DNA of 64,000 nt from Mytilus californianus (taxonomy: Eukaryota), in assembly GCF_021869535.1 (NCBI RefSeq), contig NW_026262679.1, positions 42,284,001-42,348,000 of the forward strand. The letters are read 5' to 3'. Under the pieces are notes generated by a model, which did no database searches, had not been told where the DNA came from, and was given only the letters and a program-made list of their open reading frames with translations. Both the position numbers and the translations under genes were made by a program. This document shows, in pieces, positions 1-12,780 of this stretch (its first letter is position 1; every line of letters starts with the position of its first letter).

Positions 1-202
1 ATTGTAATTCCGCAGTCATGTCCGGACAGAAAGGGGACGTGAAATCCGGTACCTCTTGTAGAGAGAGTTTCACATTAAGAACTTTTGCAACTACTGTTTG
101 AGGGGACCTGTTATAGGGCTGAATTACTGTCCCTATCCAATATACCCACATTTCCAATGGCATTCCAAATTTCCTGCCCTTTATCCAAGTCGACCCTATG
201 TT

Positions 203-686
203 GCAGGCCCTACCTATTATTATTAATTGTTCATTTATTTCAGGACCGACATATTGTTATTAATTGTTCATTTAGTGCAGGACCTACCTATTATTATTAA
301 TTGTTCATTTATTTCAGGACCGACATATTGTTATTAATTGTTCATTTAGTGCTGGCCCTACCTATTATTATTAATTGTTCATTTATTTCAGGACCGACAT
401 ATTGTTATTAATTGTTCATTTCGTGCAGGACCTACCTATTATTATTAATTGTTCATTTATTTCAGGACCTACATATTGTTATTAATTGTTCATTTATTGC
501 AGGACCTACCTATTATCATTAATTGTTCATTTATTGCAGGACCTACATATTGTTATTAATTATTGTTCATTTAGTGCAGGCCCTACCTATAAATATTAAT
601 TGTTCATTTATTGCAGGACCTACATATTGTTATTGATTGTTCATTTATTGCAGGACTTACCTATTTGTATACGTTGTTCATTTATT
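203..686 (+). repeat. 37-bp minisatellite, ~13 copies, alternating A/B variants (74-bp higher-order unit)
   Basis: Units caggacctacctattattattaattgttcatttattt and caggaccgacatattgttattaattgttcatttagtg (both 37 nt) alternate. Followed by a SINE-like tail ending in (AATC)n at ~746-772. ORF 85-300 is incidental. Confidence 0.9.
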
Positions 687-1491
687 CTCGTCCTGTACAT
701 GTAAGGAATATTTGACACTGCATGGACATATAAAAATCAATCAATCAATCAATTTTAAATCAATCATTTTATCAACTCAACCTCTAATTCGTGGACATAC
801 GCCTCTCGTCTCATTTTCTCCATAACACTTATGCCACTGATTTAATGCACACAACAAATGCTTCTAGAATAACCTTTATTAGGTAAAGTTGAAACCATAA
901 ACAACATTCGAAAAATGGTATGATGGAGGAATGACAGTCGTACAGATAATATTGCTTAAATATCTTTAGTTTTTCCACAAAAAAAAAAAGAAATCTATCT
1001 GTAAACAGCTATATTTATACTTTTTTATGTTAGATATGATACTGTGATGTATTGCAAACAATGCAATCGAAAAACATTTCTACAGAATGAGTGTCTAACA
1101 TAAGTATACTATTCCTATATTATTCGTTGTAAGTTAAATATTATCATTTCTAAAGCAAAACAATGCCAAACGGAAAGCAACATTTCTACTGAGCAGAACT
1201 TATATTATGTAAGCAAAAATCACAACTTATCTATCCATTCGTCGAGTCTAAAACAATCATATCTACAGACCACAACTTTCTCATTTATATGACGATGGGT
1301 ATGAATCTATTATCTACAAAGATCATAATTTCGATGTATATTAGCAGAAGAATCCGGTAGTGAAACTAATAGCTATATAGTCTATATTTTACTTATATAT
1401 TTATGGAATCTGATTCATGAAGGTACTGTCTCTACAACAATGTGTATATTTGATGTTTCCGAAACCGTTATTTCTATTGACCAAAACTTAC

Positions 1492-1721
1492 CCATTTCTG
1501 AGATTCTTCTGAAACTATAAGCTCTACATCATACGATGGTAAATCATATTCCTCAGATTCAAAACAAAGTTTCATGTTTATATAGGACTCTCCATTACCA
1601 CCACTAGTAAAATTAAAAGTACACAGATGTGGGCTTGTTTTACCAAACCATGATAAAGTGTAGGTTTTATCTAGGGAAACCGTCCTGGGAATCTCGTCAC
1701 AGTTGTAAGAATTAAACATTA
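1492..1721 (-). CDS. Paralog A exon 2: N-terminal part of CUB-like ectodomain (xMFNSYNCDEIPRTVSLDKTYTLSWFGKTSPHLCTFNFTSGG...KLCFESEEYDLPSY...QKW)
   Basis: Acceptor ttttttttcag (phase 1), donor TGG|GTAAGT (phase 0), 230 nt = 2+76 codons. Same Cys/Trp pattern (NCDE, LSW.G.TSP.LC.F.FT.G, CFES..DLP) and phases as exons at 25031 and 39188. I found no downstream exons in 1-1491, so they probably lie left of the window. Confidence 0.85.
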
Positions 1722-2131
1722 CTGAAAAAAAACGTTATGATTAAATAAAATGAAGGATGTTTAACTTTTCGAGATTTTCAGCTAAAATTTTGTTTTATTA
1801 TATGGTCATTTGTGCGATTCCCAAAAGTTTTGATTTTGGTGTCATTTTTGTCTAAATTTGATTCCATAATTGTGAAAGGTTTGGTTTTTAGAATAGTTGT
1901 ATATTTTCCAATATCTATATATAGTTTCGAACACCACTGACAGTAATTGAATTTTCAAAAACGCACACATATGGAGGATCAAATAAACTCCGGTATTTAG
2001 TAATTGACCACATCTTGTCCTGAGATAAAATTTACTCTCATCAGCAGCCGAATGTGTTAGATTATTTTAACGCATTTTGATTCTCGAATGTGACCTACAG
2101 AATTAGACTTTCCACCGGGTTTGTATTTACA

Positions 2132-2346
2132 AGAGCAACACGACGGTTACCATGTGTGGAGTAGGATCTGCTTATCCTCCGGAGCACCTGATATCAGCCC
2201 CGATTTTTGGCGAAGTTTGCGTTGCTCAGTGTTTTGTTTTGTTTTCTATGTTATGTTTTGTATAATATTGTTTGTTTTTTGCCATGTCATTATCAGTTTG
2301 TTTTCGACTTATGAGTTTGAATATCCTTTTTGGTATCTTTCGCCTT
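2132..2346 (+). repeat. ~220-bp interspersed repeat (cacgacgggtgccacatgtggagcagga...ggtatctttcgcc). Other copies ~5262, 10604(-), 26615, 27281, 30655, 31725, 31918, 51773(-), 53735
   Basis: Shared ccggagcacctgagatcacccc and gtcagtttattttcgacttatgagtttga cores. They explain many hydrophobic spurious ORFs in the track. Confidence 0.85.
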
Positions 2347-2840
2347 TTTTTAATTGTACAATCTTGAGATTAATGGTTTAGTCAGACGATAATATGCCTT
2401 TCGTTACAAAATGGTTTGTTTTGTTGTCTCGGCAATGCAAACATTTAGATAAATTTCATGAATATTGTATTTGTGTTTTTGTTTCATGTACTATGATGTT
2501 AGTGTATGCATGTTTTATGTCTTTGTAATTTTTCTTAAGTACAGTAGCGTCATTGTAATTACATGCAATATGGACGCAGTATCTTAATAGGTATATCATT
2601 TACGAAACACCTGAAGCTTTCCATCCAGGTCACAGTTGGGCGCTAGGGGTTATGGATACCCTTTTCTCTCTCTTTTCCATGTGAAAAATAAGAATAGAGA
2701 TGCTACTGTTTAAAATTTAAAGTAAACTATTTAAGAATATTTGTTGAATAAATACAAAAAAGGAAGAAAAAAGGGGGTCCATACCCCCAATCGCCTTTGG
2801 TCAGGGTTTACTGTTGTCATTCATGTTGTGCCTGATATTC

Positions 2841-3367
2841 ATATGATGAAGACATAATCTTTCAATCAGTTTAATTGAAGTCTGGAGCTGGCATGTCAGT
2901 TAACTGCTAGTAGTCTGTTGATATTTATGTATTATTGTCATTTTGTTTATTTTCTTTGGTTACATCTTCTGACATCAGACTCGGACTTCTCTTGAACTGA
3001 ATTTTAATGTGCGTATTGTTATGCGTTTACTTTTCTACATTGGCTAGAGGTATAGGGGGAGGGTTGAGATCTCATAAACATGTTTAACTCCGCCGCATTT
3101 TTGCGCCTGTCCCAAGTCAGGAGCCTCTAGCCTTTGTTAGTCTTGTATTATTTTTAATTTTAGTTTCTTGTGTACAATTTGGAGTTTAGTATGGCGTTCA
3201 TTATCACTGAACTAGTATATATATTTGTTTAGGGGCCAGCTGAAGGACGCCTCCGGGTGCGGGAATTTCTCGCTGCATTGAAGACCTGTTGGTGACCTTC
3301 TGCTGTTGTCTGTTCTATGGTCGGGTTGTTGTCTCTTTGACACATTCCCCATTTCCATTCTCAATTT
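2841..3367 (+). repeat. ~530-bp interspersed repeat (Mytilus-type, MITE/HINE-like). Inverted copy at 7195-7727
   Basis: ttggctagaggtatagggggagggttgagatctc...gcgcctgtcccaagtcaggagcctct core. The two copies are reverse complements by eye. Confidence 0.85.
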
Positions 3368-3689
3368 GATTTGATCAACATCAAAATTTCTCTAATGGGC
3401 TATTCATTTAAATCGATATAATAAAGAAAATGGATAGTTAACTTTGGGAAGCGAAATAAATGTAAAAAGACCTTGCATTCGTTATTAATGTCATAGAGAG
3501 CTCAAAGATGTTATGTGATTTGTGGTTTTTTTTGTTGTAAAGTATCTAGTTTATTGTATGTGTTTACTTACGATCAACTGTATTTGAAAGTACTGGTCCG
3601 GTAAATACTGAGACAATCGTCGCAGCACAAAAACTGATACATGCATAACTGTTATACATATTTATGGTCTCGAAGTCTACAAAATCATC

Positions 3690-6600
3690 AAAGATTAAAA
3701 AACAAAATCCCAATGCCAGTACCAAACAAAATGTCGTTTACCTCCCTTGAAAGTAAGATTTAGCAATATTTTTGATAGAAATGATTAGCAATAACACAAA
3801 CATGCCAAGCCTTTTAAACAAATATAAATGGAAGAACGATTTAAAAATAGACGAATATCTATCTACATTAGAAAAATGTTGTATGTGTGACATTGTGGAA
3901 AAAATATTGAGGGAAAATCAAATACAATTTGAAAAAAGGACTTACTTTGTATCATTCAATTTCGTTGTCAATTTTATACATGTATACACAATTTTGATTT
4001 TATTCTGTCCATTTAATATTGATTTTGTGTGAGCATTAATATTTACCCTATTTCATAATCATTTGTATATACACGTAGCCATGATCAGAATGACACTGGA
4101 CATTTAACTGGGCTTTCAAATGATATATATATAATTAGTTCAGTATTTCTTTACGACCGCATTTTTCTTAACCTTGTAATAAGACCCCGTTAATATATAT
4201 TTGGAAATCTTACATTTTTACTACCAAATTTTTACATATTTGTGACATCAGTTAATCACACGCACGGGGGAAAAATATATATTTCAAAACACTATCGAAT
4301 TTCATTGTCGTACAATTACTAGAACGATGTAAAAAGGAAAATCTGAAATTTTTATTCATTCTATAAAACTCATTAGTTTTCAATTCTGTGAAATCTTTCG
4401 GTTTTTTACCGAATATACAAAGATTTTTCTTCCGAGTTATAACAATTTTATTTTTATTTTTAATCCCGGGTCAGAATTTAGGGCACTTTAGATTAAGCGC
4501 ATTGAACATGAAAAAGCATTTTTGAAAATTTTGACAACCTGTAAACTCTTTAAAAAAATGAAATTACAATGACTTATTACAAGTTTCTTAAGGAGAACAA
4601 AATCTGTATTTTAAGCTTTTAAGGAAGAAACACAAAGTAACTCAATATGTAGGTCCAGAACCAGCAGTGTCCATATTAATACCACATAACGTGTTCTCAT
4701 ACTGAAATGCATGTAATATTTGCCACTGGAAATTTAAAACAATCAATTAGTATCATCTTTTTATATTCATATCGGGGTCAGATGGCCATTGACGATCGCT
4801 CAATCCTCTCAACTAGTTCAAAGATTTTCTTTAGAAAGCGATATGTTGTTGATAAATGAATTTTTGCTTTTGTGGTGTAAAAGAATCAGGGGTTAAAGGG
4901 TCACTTAGTTTTTTTCATTTACATAAGGAGTCGCCAATTATTTTGTCACCCTGTCAGTCTGATATCACTTTGTTCAGCTTCCAGTCCTTCACTACGTTAT
5001 TTCTACACCTACATGGGTTTGATATATAGGTTAACTCATAGTACTCCGAGAGGACGTTGCCACTAGCATGCCACCAATCTGGTACATGTATTAGAAATAC
5101 TATCTACATGAAGCATTCAAGAGGCATTTAATCCTTTGAGTTACTATCTTAGAAACATCAAATGAAAAAATAAAACAAAAGTCATATTTTAGATAGTCTG
5201 CGGTAAAGGTTCTTTCAAAATATACTGAAAATTCGTGTTTTAACTTAACGTATTTTATAAGAGTGACACGACGGGTGTTGAATGTAGAGCAGGATATGCT
5301 TACCCTTCAGGAAGACCTGAAATCGCCCCCAGTTTTTTTGTTTTTTTTTTTTTGGGGGGGGGGGGGGTCGTGTTACTCAGTCTTTGGTTTTCTATATTTA
5401 TGTTTTGTGTACTGTTGTTTGTCATCTTGTCGTTTCATTTTTTTTTTGTCATGGAATTATCGGTTTGTTTTCGACTTATCTGTTTGAATATTCCTTCGGT
5501 ATTATTTGCCTCTCTTTTATTCATATTAATTCGAAGTTTTCATTTATCTTACATAATTTAAAAAATATTCAAAAAATACTCTTGTCACTTCGCATTGCAA
5601 TTTAGATAATTTTGTTCATTTCACAGCATGAAAGAGTCATATATTATGGAAATATGCATACAGAATTTATGAATAAAGAGTCTGAAAATGAAATTCCCAA
5701 TGGATATCAGATGGAATACCGGCATGAAGTATTTATGAAAACACTTAGTAGGTAATTTCCAATTACTGGATCTCGTACGTATAGTTACTAAATGGCGAGG
5801 TTACAACTCATTGAAACTGTCAGCATCCAACAGATAGAATATAGGAGTAGATTGGAATCGGTTATTAAACTATTTGAGACTTGGACGCATATTTATTAGA
5901 TATCAAGTAAGTATTTGAAAAATCAATTGATGGATACAACTTCTCAAATAGATTTTTATTTTATTTTGATTTGTATCATATGTTTTAGATCGTTAATGTG
6001 TTCCTTAAAAGCTTTCTAAATTCTGTTTCGATTTTCAATAGTATCTATGGAGAGGCCGCTTTATCGAACAAAGAAAGCGCACGATCTGTTCAAAATTGTC
6101 TGCACAGATTTTTATCGGCGAGTTTCCAATTTGTGTCTGCGACTCTACAATGAACTTATTTGAGTAGGTCAGCTGAAGTTTCTACCATGTGTTTTTGTTT
6201 GCATATATAATAACATGAATTAATCCTAGATTAAACTCTAAATTAATATAAAACATAATGTAGCATTTTGGTACGTTTAATCTCGACGTAAGCGTTTAGT
6301 ACGTGTGATTTAAATATACTGTAACTGGGATTAATTTTTATTTCACAGCCACAAAAGCAAAATGGAAGCCACGAATAAAAGATTTTGAAAGGGAACTTGA
6401 TCAAAATGTTGTTTATTTGCGGATACGAGATAACTTAGAAAAAAAATGACAAGTGAATTCAGGAAAAGTTAGAAAAAAAGCTTGTCATACCTTTGTGTTA
6501 ATCATTCTATGAAGGAAAAACAATCGATATCATTGACACGTTATTGAAAAGTAAGCAATGTTTCAATCGTCCCTGGAAAGAATTCCTGGGAAAATAAGAC

Positions 6601-7059
6601 GAGGATTTGTTTATCAATCTTCCGAAGACATTCTCCCTTCTTTAAGAAAAAGACATGATTCGCGCACAACTAAGGAAAAGGAAAAGATTCAACGCAGAGT
6701 TGTTAGACATGATCTCTATCCTCCTTTTAGGGAGGAACAAAGTCGGCCGGGAACACCCGTAGTGGGTACCCGGCTTGAACGATATGCAAGTGGTAAAGGC
6801 CGAAGACCACAGATACCATATGAAACGGCTGATATGTATGCTAATAACGGGATGTACAAGATGCAACAAAAAGGTTCAGCAACAAGTCGACGAGAAGGAT
6901 CTGGAAAACAATTGCTTTCTGCAAAGAGATGTCCTACTCCACTTCCGAACGAAAAACCGCTCACAAAATTATGTTGGAACCATCACAGAGGTCTGTTTTA
7001 CACGAAATACTAAGATCACATCACTTGATTTTTGCTTAAAGTGTCACGTCTATCACTAA
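3690..7059 (+). pseudogene. Decayed multi-exon gene of unknown family on the + strand, inside paralog A intron 1
   Basis: Exon-like segments 5627-5906 (acceptor tttcacag, donor CAA|GTAAGT), 6042-6163 (YLWRGRFIEQRKRT...) and 6349-7059 (long frame with scattered stops, ...MIRAQLRKRKRFNAELLDMISILLLG...). The motif QNVVYL occurs at both ~3727 and ~6402. Several stops and frameshifts. Confidence 0.4.
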
Positions 7060-8194
7060 CTTTAAAGAACTGTTAAATTGCATGATTTCCTCAGCATTAT
7101 TGCTTAAGTTTTCAATCTGAAACAAAACTTGCTTGCATATGCATATTATTTCCCTAATGATCATATAAATAAAAAGTTCTTATTTTTCATAAATAAAATT
7201 GAGAATGGAAATGGGGAATCTGTCAAAGAGACAACAACCCAGCCAAAGAGTAGAAAACAGCCCAAGGCCACCAATAGGTCTTCAACACAGCGAGAAATCC
7301 CTGCACCCGGAGGCGGGCTTCAGCTGGCCCCTAAACACAAATGTGAACTAGTTCAGTGAAAATTGACGTCACACTAAACTCCGAAACATATAAATGAACT
7401 AAAATTAAAAAAACATACAAGGCTAATAAAGGCCAGAGGCTCCTGACTTGGGACAGGCGCAAAAATGCGGCGGAGTTAAACATGTTAAGTAAGATCTCCC
7501 CCCCTCCCCCTACCTCTAGCCAATGTAGAATAAACACAAACACATGTAGCAATACGCACAGTAAAACTAAGTTTAAAAGAAGTCCGAGTCCGATGTCAGA
7601 ATAGGTAACAGCAGAAACTAAGCAAAATGACAATGGTACATAAATTAACAAAGGACTACTAGCAGTTACTGATATGCCAGCTCCAGACATCAATTAAACT
7701 GATTGAAAGAATATGTCTTCATCATATGTCATATATCATATATACATCATATATACTAAACTGTTTACTGTCGTCATAAATTAATGGAATCTCGTTAGAG
7801 GTTGTTTTAAGTTATGTATATACCTTTACGTATTTTTGTAATTTAGAAAATTTGGTGTTGAAAGTGTTTAAAATCTTCTATAGTCTGCGAACAATTAGTC
7901 AACTACTTAACTAGCATCGGGACGATTTAGTGCTTGGTATGTTGTATAAACACCTGTCTAATCGATGCTGATGACCTTATTATCTATGCATGTTGACCCG
8001 TAAACATAATTATACAACATTGTTAATGTTTTGTTGTTGTTTTGTATTTGTCTCATTGAAGTAAAATACAAAGATCTCAAAACATTCATTTGTGATAAAT
8101 CTGATGTAAGGATTATTAAAATATTGTAAAAAAAATAGGGTTGAAGATTTTAAAAAGGGTAAACTTTTAAAGACAGACACCTTTGCCAAAAGAA

Positions 8195-8764
8195 AAAAAA
8201 TGTAAAGGGTTCCGCGGAACCCTGTGTCCTCTTCTGCGATTGATACTGTAAGTGTTAAGAGCGTAATATTGACTGTAAAAAAACAAGTCCATTAATCAGT
8301 AAAATACGGAATTTTTTATTTGTAATCTCATTTTTCTTAATATTTTCCAAATTTTGATCTGTGTGCTGTCTTTTGTTGTCATAAAAAAAAAACTTGTGTC
8401 CAAGTTTCATAAAATTCCTTAAAATTTTACAGAGATATTGATGTCTGAAAAACTTTAAACCTTAGACTGTGTCGTAATGCAAACTGCACAAAAAACCTAA
8501 ATCCATTTATAAGTAAAATATGGAAAAACGAACACAAATATATTTACAAAATTCCTCTGGATACTTTAGTTTTGATCATACAAAAGCTTGTGTCCAAGTT
8601 CGTAAAATTCCATGAAGGTTTGATACAGTTATTGGTGTCTATCTTATTTTACCACAGACTGAATCTAAATGTAAACGGCAAACAAACAAAAATACTAAAT
8701 ACGAGTGAAAGTAAGATCGCTATCTCTCGCTTCCAAGAAAAATTGTCGCAGTCTCGACAAAAAA
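8195..8764 (+). mobile_element. HINE-like element (5' palindrome agggttccgcggaaccct, 3' ...gtcgcagtctcgacaaaaa)
   Basis: Same 3' end type as 12781-13998. Confidence 0.55.
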
Positions 8765-9029
8765 GGACTGGAAGTGAAAAAAATACACTCCACAAACAAA
8801 ATACATAGAAAACTACACAGGAAAGTTTAAGAACTTTACCTTAATACAAAATCAAATTTATAAAAAAATATACCGTAATACATGCTATTTCGTGAACCCT
8901 TAAAATTAAATCCGAATGTGAAAATTTGAAAGAAAATAAGACAGAAACAACATAGGCAAAATAGAAATGAAATTAAACAAAACTAATAGTTAAGCAGCAC
9001 GATCCCCTGTTACAAAAAACCCGGGTGAA

Positions 9030-9128
9030 CCAGTGGATGATCCTGGATGGGGGTTCCGTGGCTTGAAACCCCCCCCCCCCCTTAACCTGGGTTGGAACCC
9101 CCTTTTAAAAATAGCTGGATCCGCCCCT
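9030..9128. mobile_element. Short MITE remnant (cagtgg.gatcc...ggatccgcccctg)
   Basis: Imperfect terminal inverted repeat around a C-run. Confidence 0.45.
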
Positions 9129-9226
9129 GGGTGAACTAAGGTGCTTTAAAACACACAAAAACATTGTCTGCTCCACTTTTGGCACCCGATGATTTTTATC
9201 ATAATATTCATCTTATCTGTTTTCAG

Positions 9227-9597
9227 AATTAGTAGAAGAGGACGATTCGGATGATGACATAATAATAAACGAAATGTTAGATATCCGGAGACAACATGAA
9301 CGTCATTTTACAGCCTCTACCGTTCACATAAATAAAAACAATTTTGACGTTACACTGTCGGACTTAGAAAATGACGCAAGTCATAAGCCTCAAGATCCAA
9401 TTCAGCTGACGCAAAAAGTTTTACAGACACTGAGAAGTGACAATGTTAATAAAAATCAAAGGATTGTACAGTGGTTAATGGACTGTGAAGAAAAGAACAA
9501 ATTCACCGGTTCACAACTCCCGTCTCATTTACCGGATATTATGATAAACGCTCGCCATGCTGCTTCCGCCTCGCCTAGTATGATAAAAAGAATGTAG
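9227..9597 (+). CDS. Intact-looking terminal exon, unknown product (LVEEDDSDDDIIINEMLDIRRQ...QRIVQWLMDCEE...IKRM*)
   Basis: Strong acceptor tcttatctgttttcag (phase 1), then ~122 open codons to TAG. Upstream partner not established. Confidence 0.55.
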
Positions 9598-11803
9598 TAA
9601 ATCTTTTTCAATGGAATAGTTCTTTTGACAATATTGCTTCTGATCTGAAATATTTGATCGTCGTATACTTACATTGAGTAAAATTTATTGTTCATCGTAG
9701 ATCTAATGAAATACAAAAAGAAGTTCTCGTAGTGATGATGATTAAACATTGCTTGCAAGTAAGAACTTTTTAAGATCTTGCTTCCTTTAGATATTGTATT
9801 TCAATACCGTACAGTACTTTAATGTCATTCTAAAAAAAAAGTGTCTATATCAAAACAGTATGCCATAACAAATGATTTGTATTCTCTTTAGGTACCTGTT
9901 GGTCATATATCTCCTGCTTTCATTTTGATGGCTTTTGACTTTCCTGATGAAGGTAAATCCAGAAAATCACTTCGGATACAAGACATTTATTAAGTTTTAT
10001 AATTTTTAATTTAAATTTCCATGCTTTACAACAATATATAAGTATGTTTAATTCAATTTGGATACCTTTCAGTAAATTCTTTTCAAACGAAGTAGGAGAA
10101 CTATTGACTGTCAGGATCAAGATGAATACAATTGGAAAAATATAGACATCAGAAAATATAGTAACAAAGACCAGTACAATTAAATTAAAAAATACATTCT
10201 CACATGGAAACAGCAGACAACACTCTAAATGAACTAAACGTATAATGCTAATTTCAGTACACAAGACATTTGTTTATTATTTAACCATACACTATGCTCA
10301 GGGTCAAAAGTATGGGAAGACCAATATATAAAATGGTGCATCACGTTTTGAGCTATATGTACTGCCATAAACAAAACAAAATTGGAATAGTGAATCCGCT
10401 TAGTTAGTTACAAGTTCATAATAAAACACGTACAACAGCATTTTGTGCGCAACACTTCCGTTTTTTGAAGAACCATCACCTTGTGCGCTTGGGAAGCCAA
10501 AAAAAATGAACATTAATAGCTTGAATATGACATACACAAGTTTTTATTCGAATCAAGACATTATCGTTTCACGGCAACACTAGCCATGAGACAGGTTGTA
10601 ATCTTAAAAAAACAGGCGGGAGATTCCAAGGGTACATTCAAAACTCATAAGTGAAAGAAAAACAGACAACGGCAAGAAAAAAAACCCCGAAAATACCGAT
10701 AAAAACCAAAACACTTCATAGAAAAATTGAAAACTGGGCAACACTAACCCGCAAAAAAACACAAAATGGAAGCACATCCTGCTCCACATTTAGCACACTA
10801 AGTTGACCATAGACTAGTAGCCGGCCGTTATTTGACAAGTTTGACAATAGTTGTATATTCCGAAGGCACATATACTGAACAGTTTACAGAGGGAACCATC
10901 CTAAGTTGACCAACAGTCACAACGAAACAAACACCAATTTCAGAATGCATGATACGTCTTTGTAGGTACTTATATTAAAAAAAACATTTGGGAAGCTACC
11001 TAAATCATTACATAATGGTGCCAGCACCTAAACTTTAAATGTTTCTATGAGCAACATATCCTGAGTTAAGTGACGCTTGATTTTTACATCATTGCATTAT
11101 TAAAAACTAAACATTACTTATAAAAATACGATAGTGCAGCAGAAGCATTGGCTGATAGACGGTAAGTACATGTACATATATCCTAAGAGACTATAGTCCA
11201 CACGCAGTTGTTCCTACTTCGTGATAGATATCGTTAACTTTGATAACGATTTCCGTATGGATGACTTGATGTGTCCGGAATAAACACCAAACAGTAGCTT
11301 TAATGTTCTACTATTAGGATGATGATGTCCGACAAGTGATTGATTCAAAATATTCTTACTAGATCTAATTTAACTTGAAACGAGAGATTATGTACAGTTC
11401 GGTCTGATTCAAAAAAAAGATTGTTATATGATAATAAACAATGTGAGTCCTGTTAAACACTAAACTTTTCATGTTTGTGTAAATGCTGGTCTAAATAATT
11501 TCTGGACTGTAAACCTCCTGGGGAAAACCTCAAGTCACTTCCGCTATCCGATGCTGAAATGATGTGCAATACTGGTAGTTTTCTTTGGTCAGTTGTTTGG
11601 TCTTGACCATCTTCGTGTCTTTTAATAACGATACTGTCTATCCTCCATTAAATTGTAAATTCTACTAATGGCCGAACAAAAAAAAACATCAAAAAACTGG
11701 GGAGCATCAAAACAAAAAGGCCTAAACAAAAGAATTAGATTGTAACTGTGAACTTTTTCCGAAGGAACTTGGAACATTTATAAACTGAAAATTTAATGAA
11801 CAA

Positions 11804-11950
11804 AAAGTAAAATAACAAAAATACCGAACTCCAAGGAAAATTCAAAACCGAAAGTCCCTTATCAAATGGCAAAATCAAAAGCTCAAACACATCAAACGAA
11901 TGGAAAACAACTGCCATATTCCTGACTTGGTATATGCATTTCCTAATGTA
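11804..11950 (+). repeat. Interspersed repeat aaagtaaaataacaaaaataccgaactcc...tcctgacttgg. Other copies 18428-18634 continuing at 20537, 21841, 36890(-), 52019, 63826(-)
   Basis: Direct sequence similarity among copies. The copy at 18.4/20.5 kb is split by the LTR element. Confidence 0.8.
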
Positions 11951-12780
11951 GAACAATAAATGTAAAACAATTATCGATCTAATAGTAATCAGAGTCACTA
12001 AAATCTAGTCCAAATTCGAATTACAACTACTTAGTTATAGATAATCCTATGTTTTCTGAACCTTAAATATCAAACAGTAACCTCAAACGAATTTTAAAAG
12101 TATAAAGACGTCATCATAATGCAGTCTGAGAAAAGTATGAACTTGTGCAATGCTTAAAATAAGTATCGATAGAATGTATAACTATATGTGTAATATACAA
12201 AATGTTTTTGTGCATAAAATACCAAAAAGACATCAACAGAATAGTCAAAGCAGCTTAAGACAACTTTGTTTTAGGAGTTTCAATTCATTTCTATACAATT
12301 ATATCATTTATATCCGTTCTTGGTTCGTGTTGTTCAAACTTTACTTTTTGTGTAGTGTATTGTGAATCGATCGTCTTTCCGTCGTTTTTCTTTTAAGGCT
12401 ATGGTATTTATTTTATTCGATATGGTTTTTGATTTCCCACCCCCCCCCCCCCCCCCCCCCCCCCCCCCTTTGGGATTTTCTTGGGTTTTTTTTATAAACT
12501 GAAAAGTTAGTTGAAATATATCTTCTTCATTCAGATTCTGTCAAAGCATTATTTGACTAATTATTATCATAATAGACCCACCTAAACGTAAAACATTATA
12601 ACAGTATCTGTAAACAAATTTACTAGAATTGTAAGATAACATACATTAAATACAAGAAACAAACAATTAGAGACTACATGTAGATATTGCAATAATTAAT
12701 ACTTTAAGTCCTGATTAAATTTTCTTTTTCTTTATAATTTGATGGTACTAAAAAGGATGTACGAAAAGATATTTCATAGA

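Noticed and set aside
203-686. Regularly spaced repeats as a possible CRISPR array (also 61316-61537)
   Set aside because: No unique spacers, contiguous tandem units, eukaryotic context, no cas genes.
6558-7013. 151-aa plus-strand ORF MFQSSLERIPGK...
   Set aside because: Alternative frame over the decayed block. The more protein-like frame is the neighbouring one with scattered stops, and no motif supports this ORF.
7331-7693. 120-aa hydrophobic ORF and similar Phe/Leu/Cys-rich ORFs (2121, 5263-5605, 10604, 27290, 31763, 36899, 51599)
   Set aside because: They lie within high-copy interspersed repeats. T-rich strands give hydrophobic pseudo-ORFs.
12438-12468. Long poly-C run (also T/G runs at ~5335-5368)
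   Set aside because: Homopolymers inside degenerate repeats. Length is unreliable and no function is supported.
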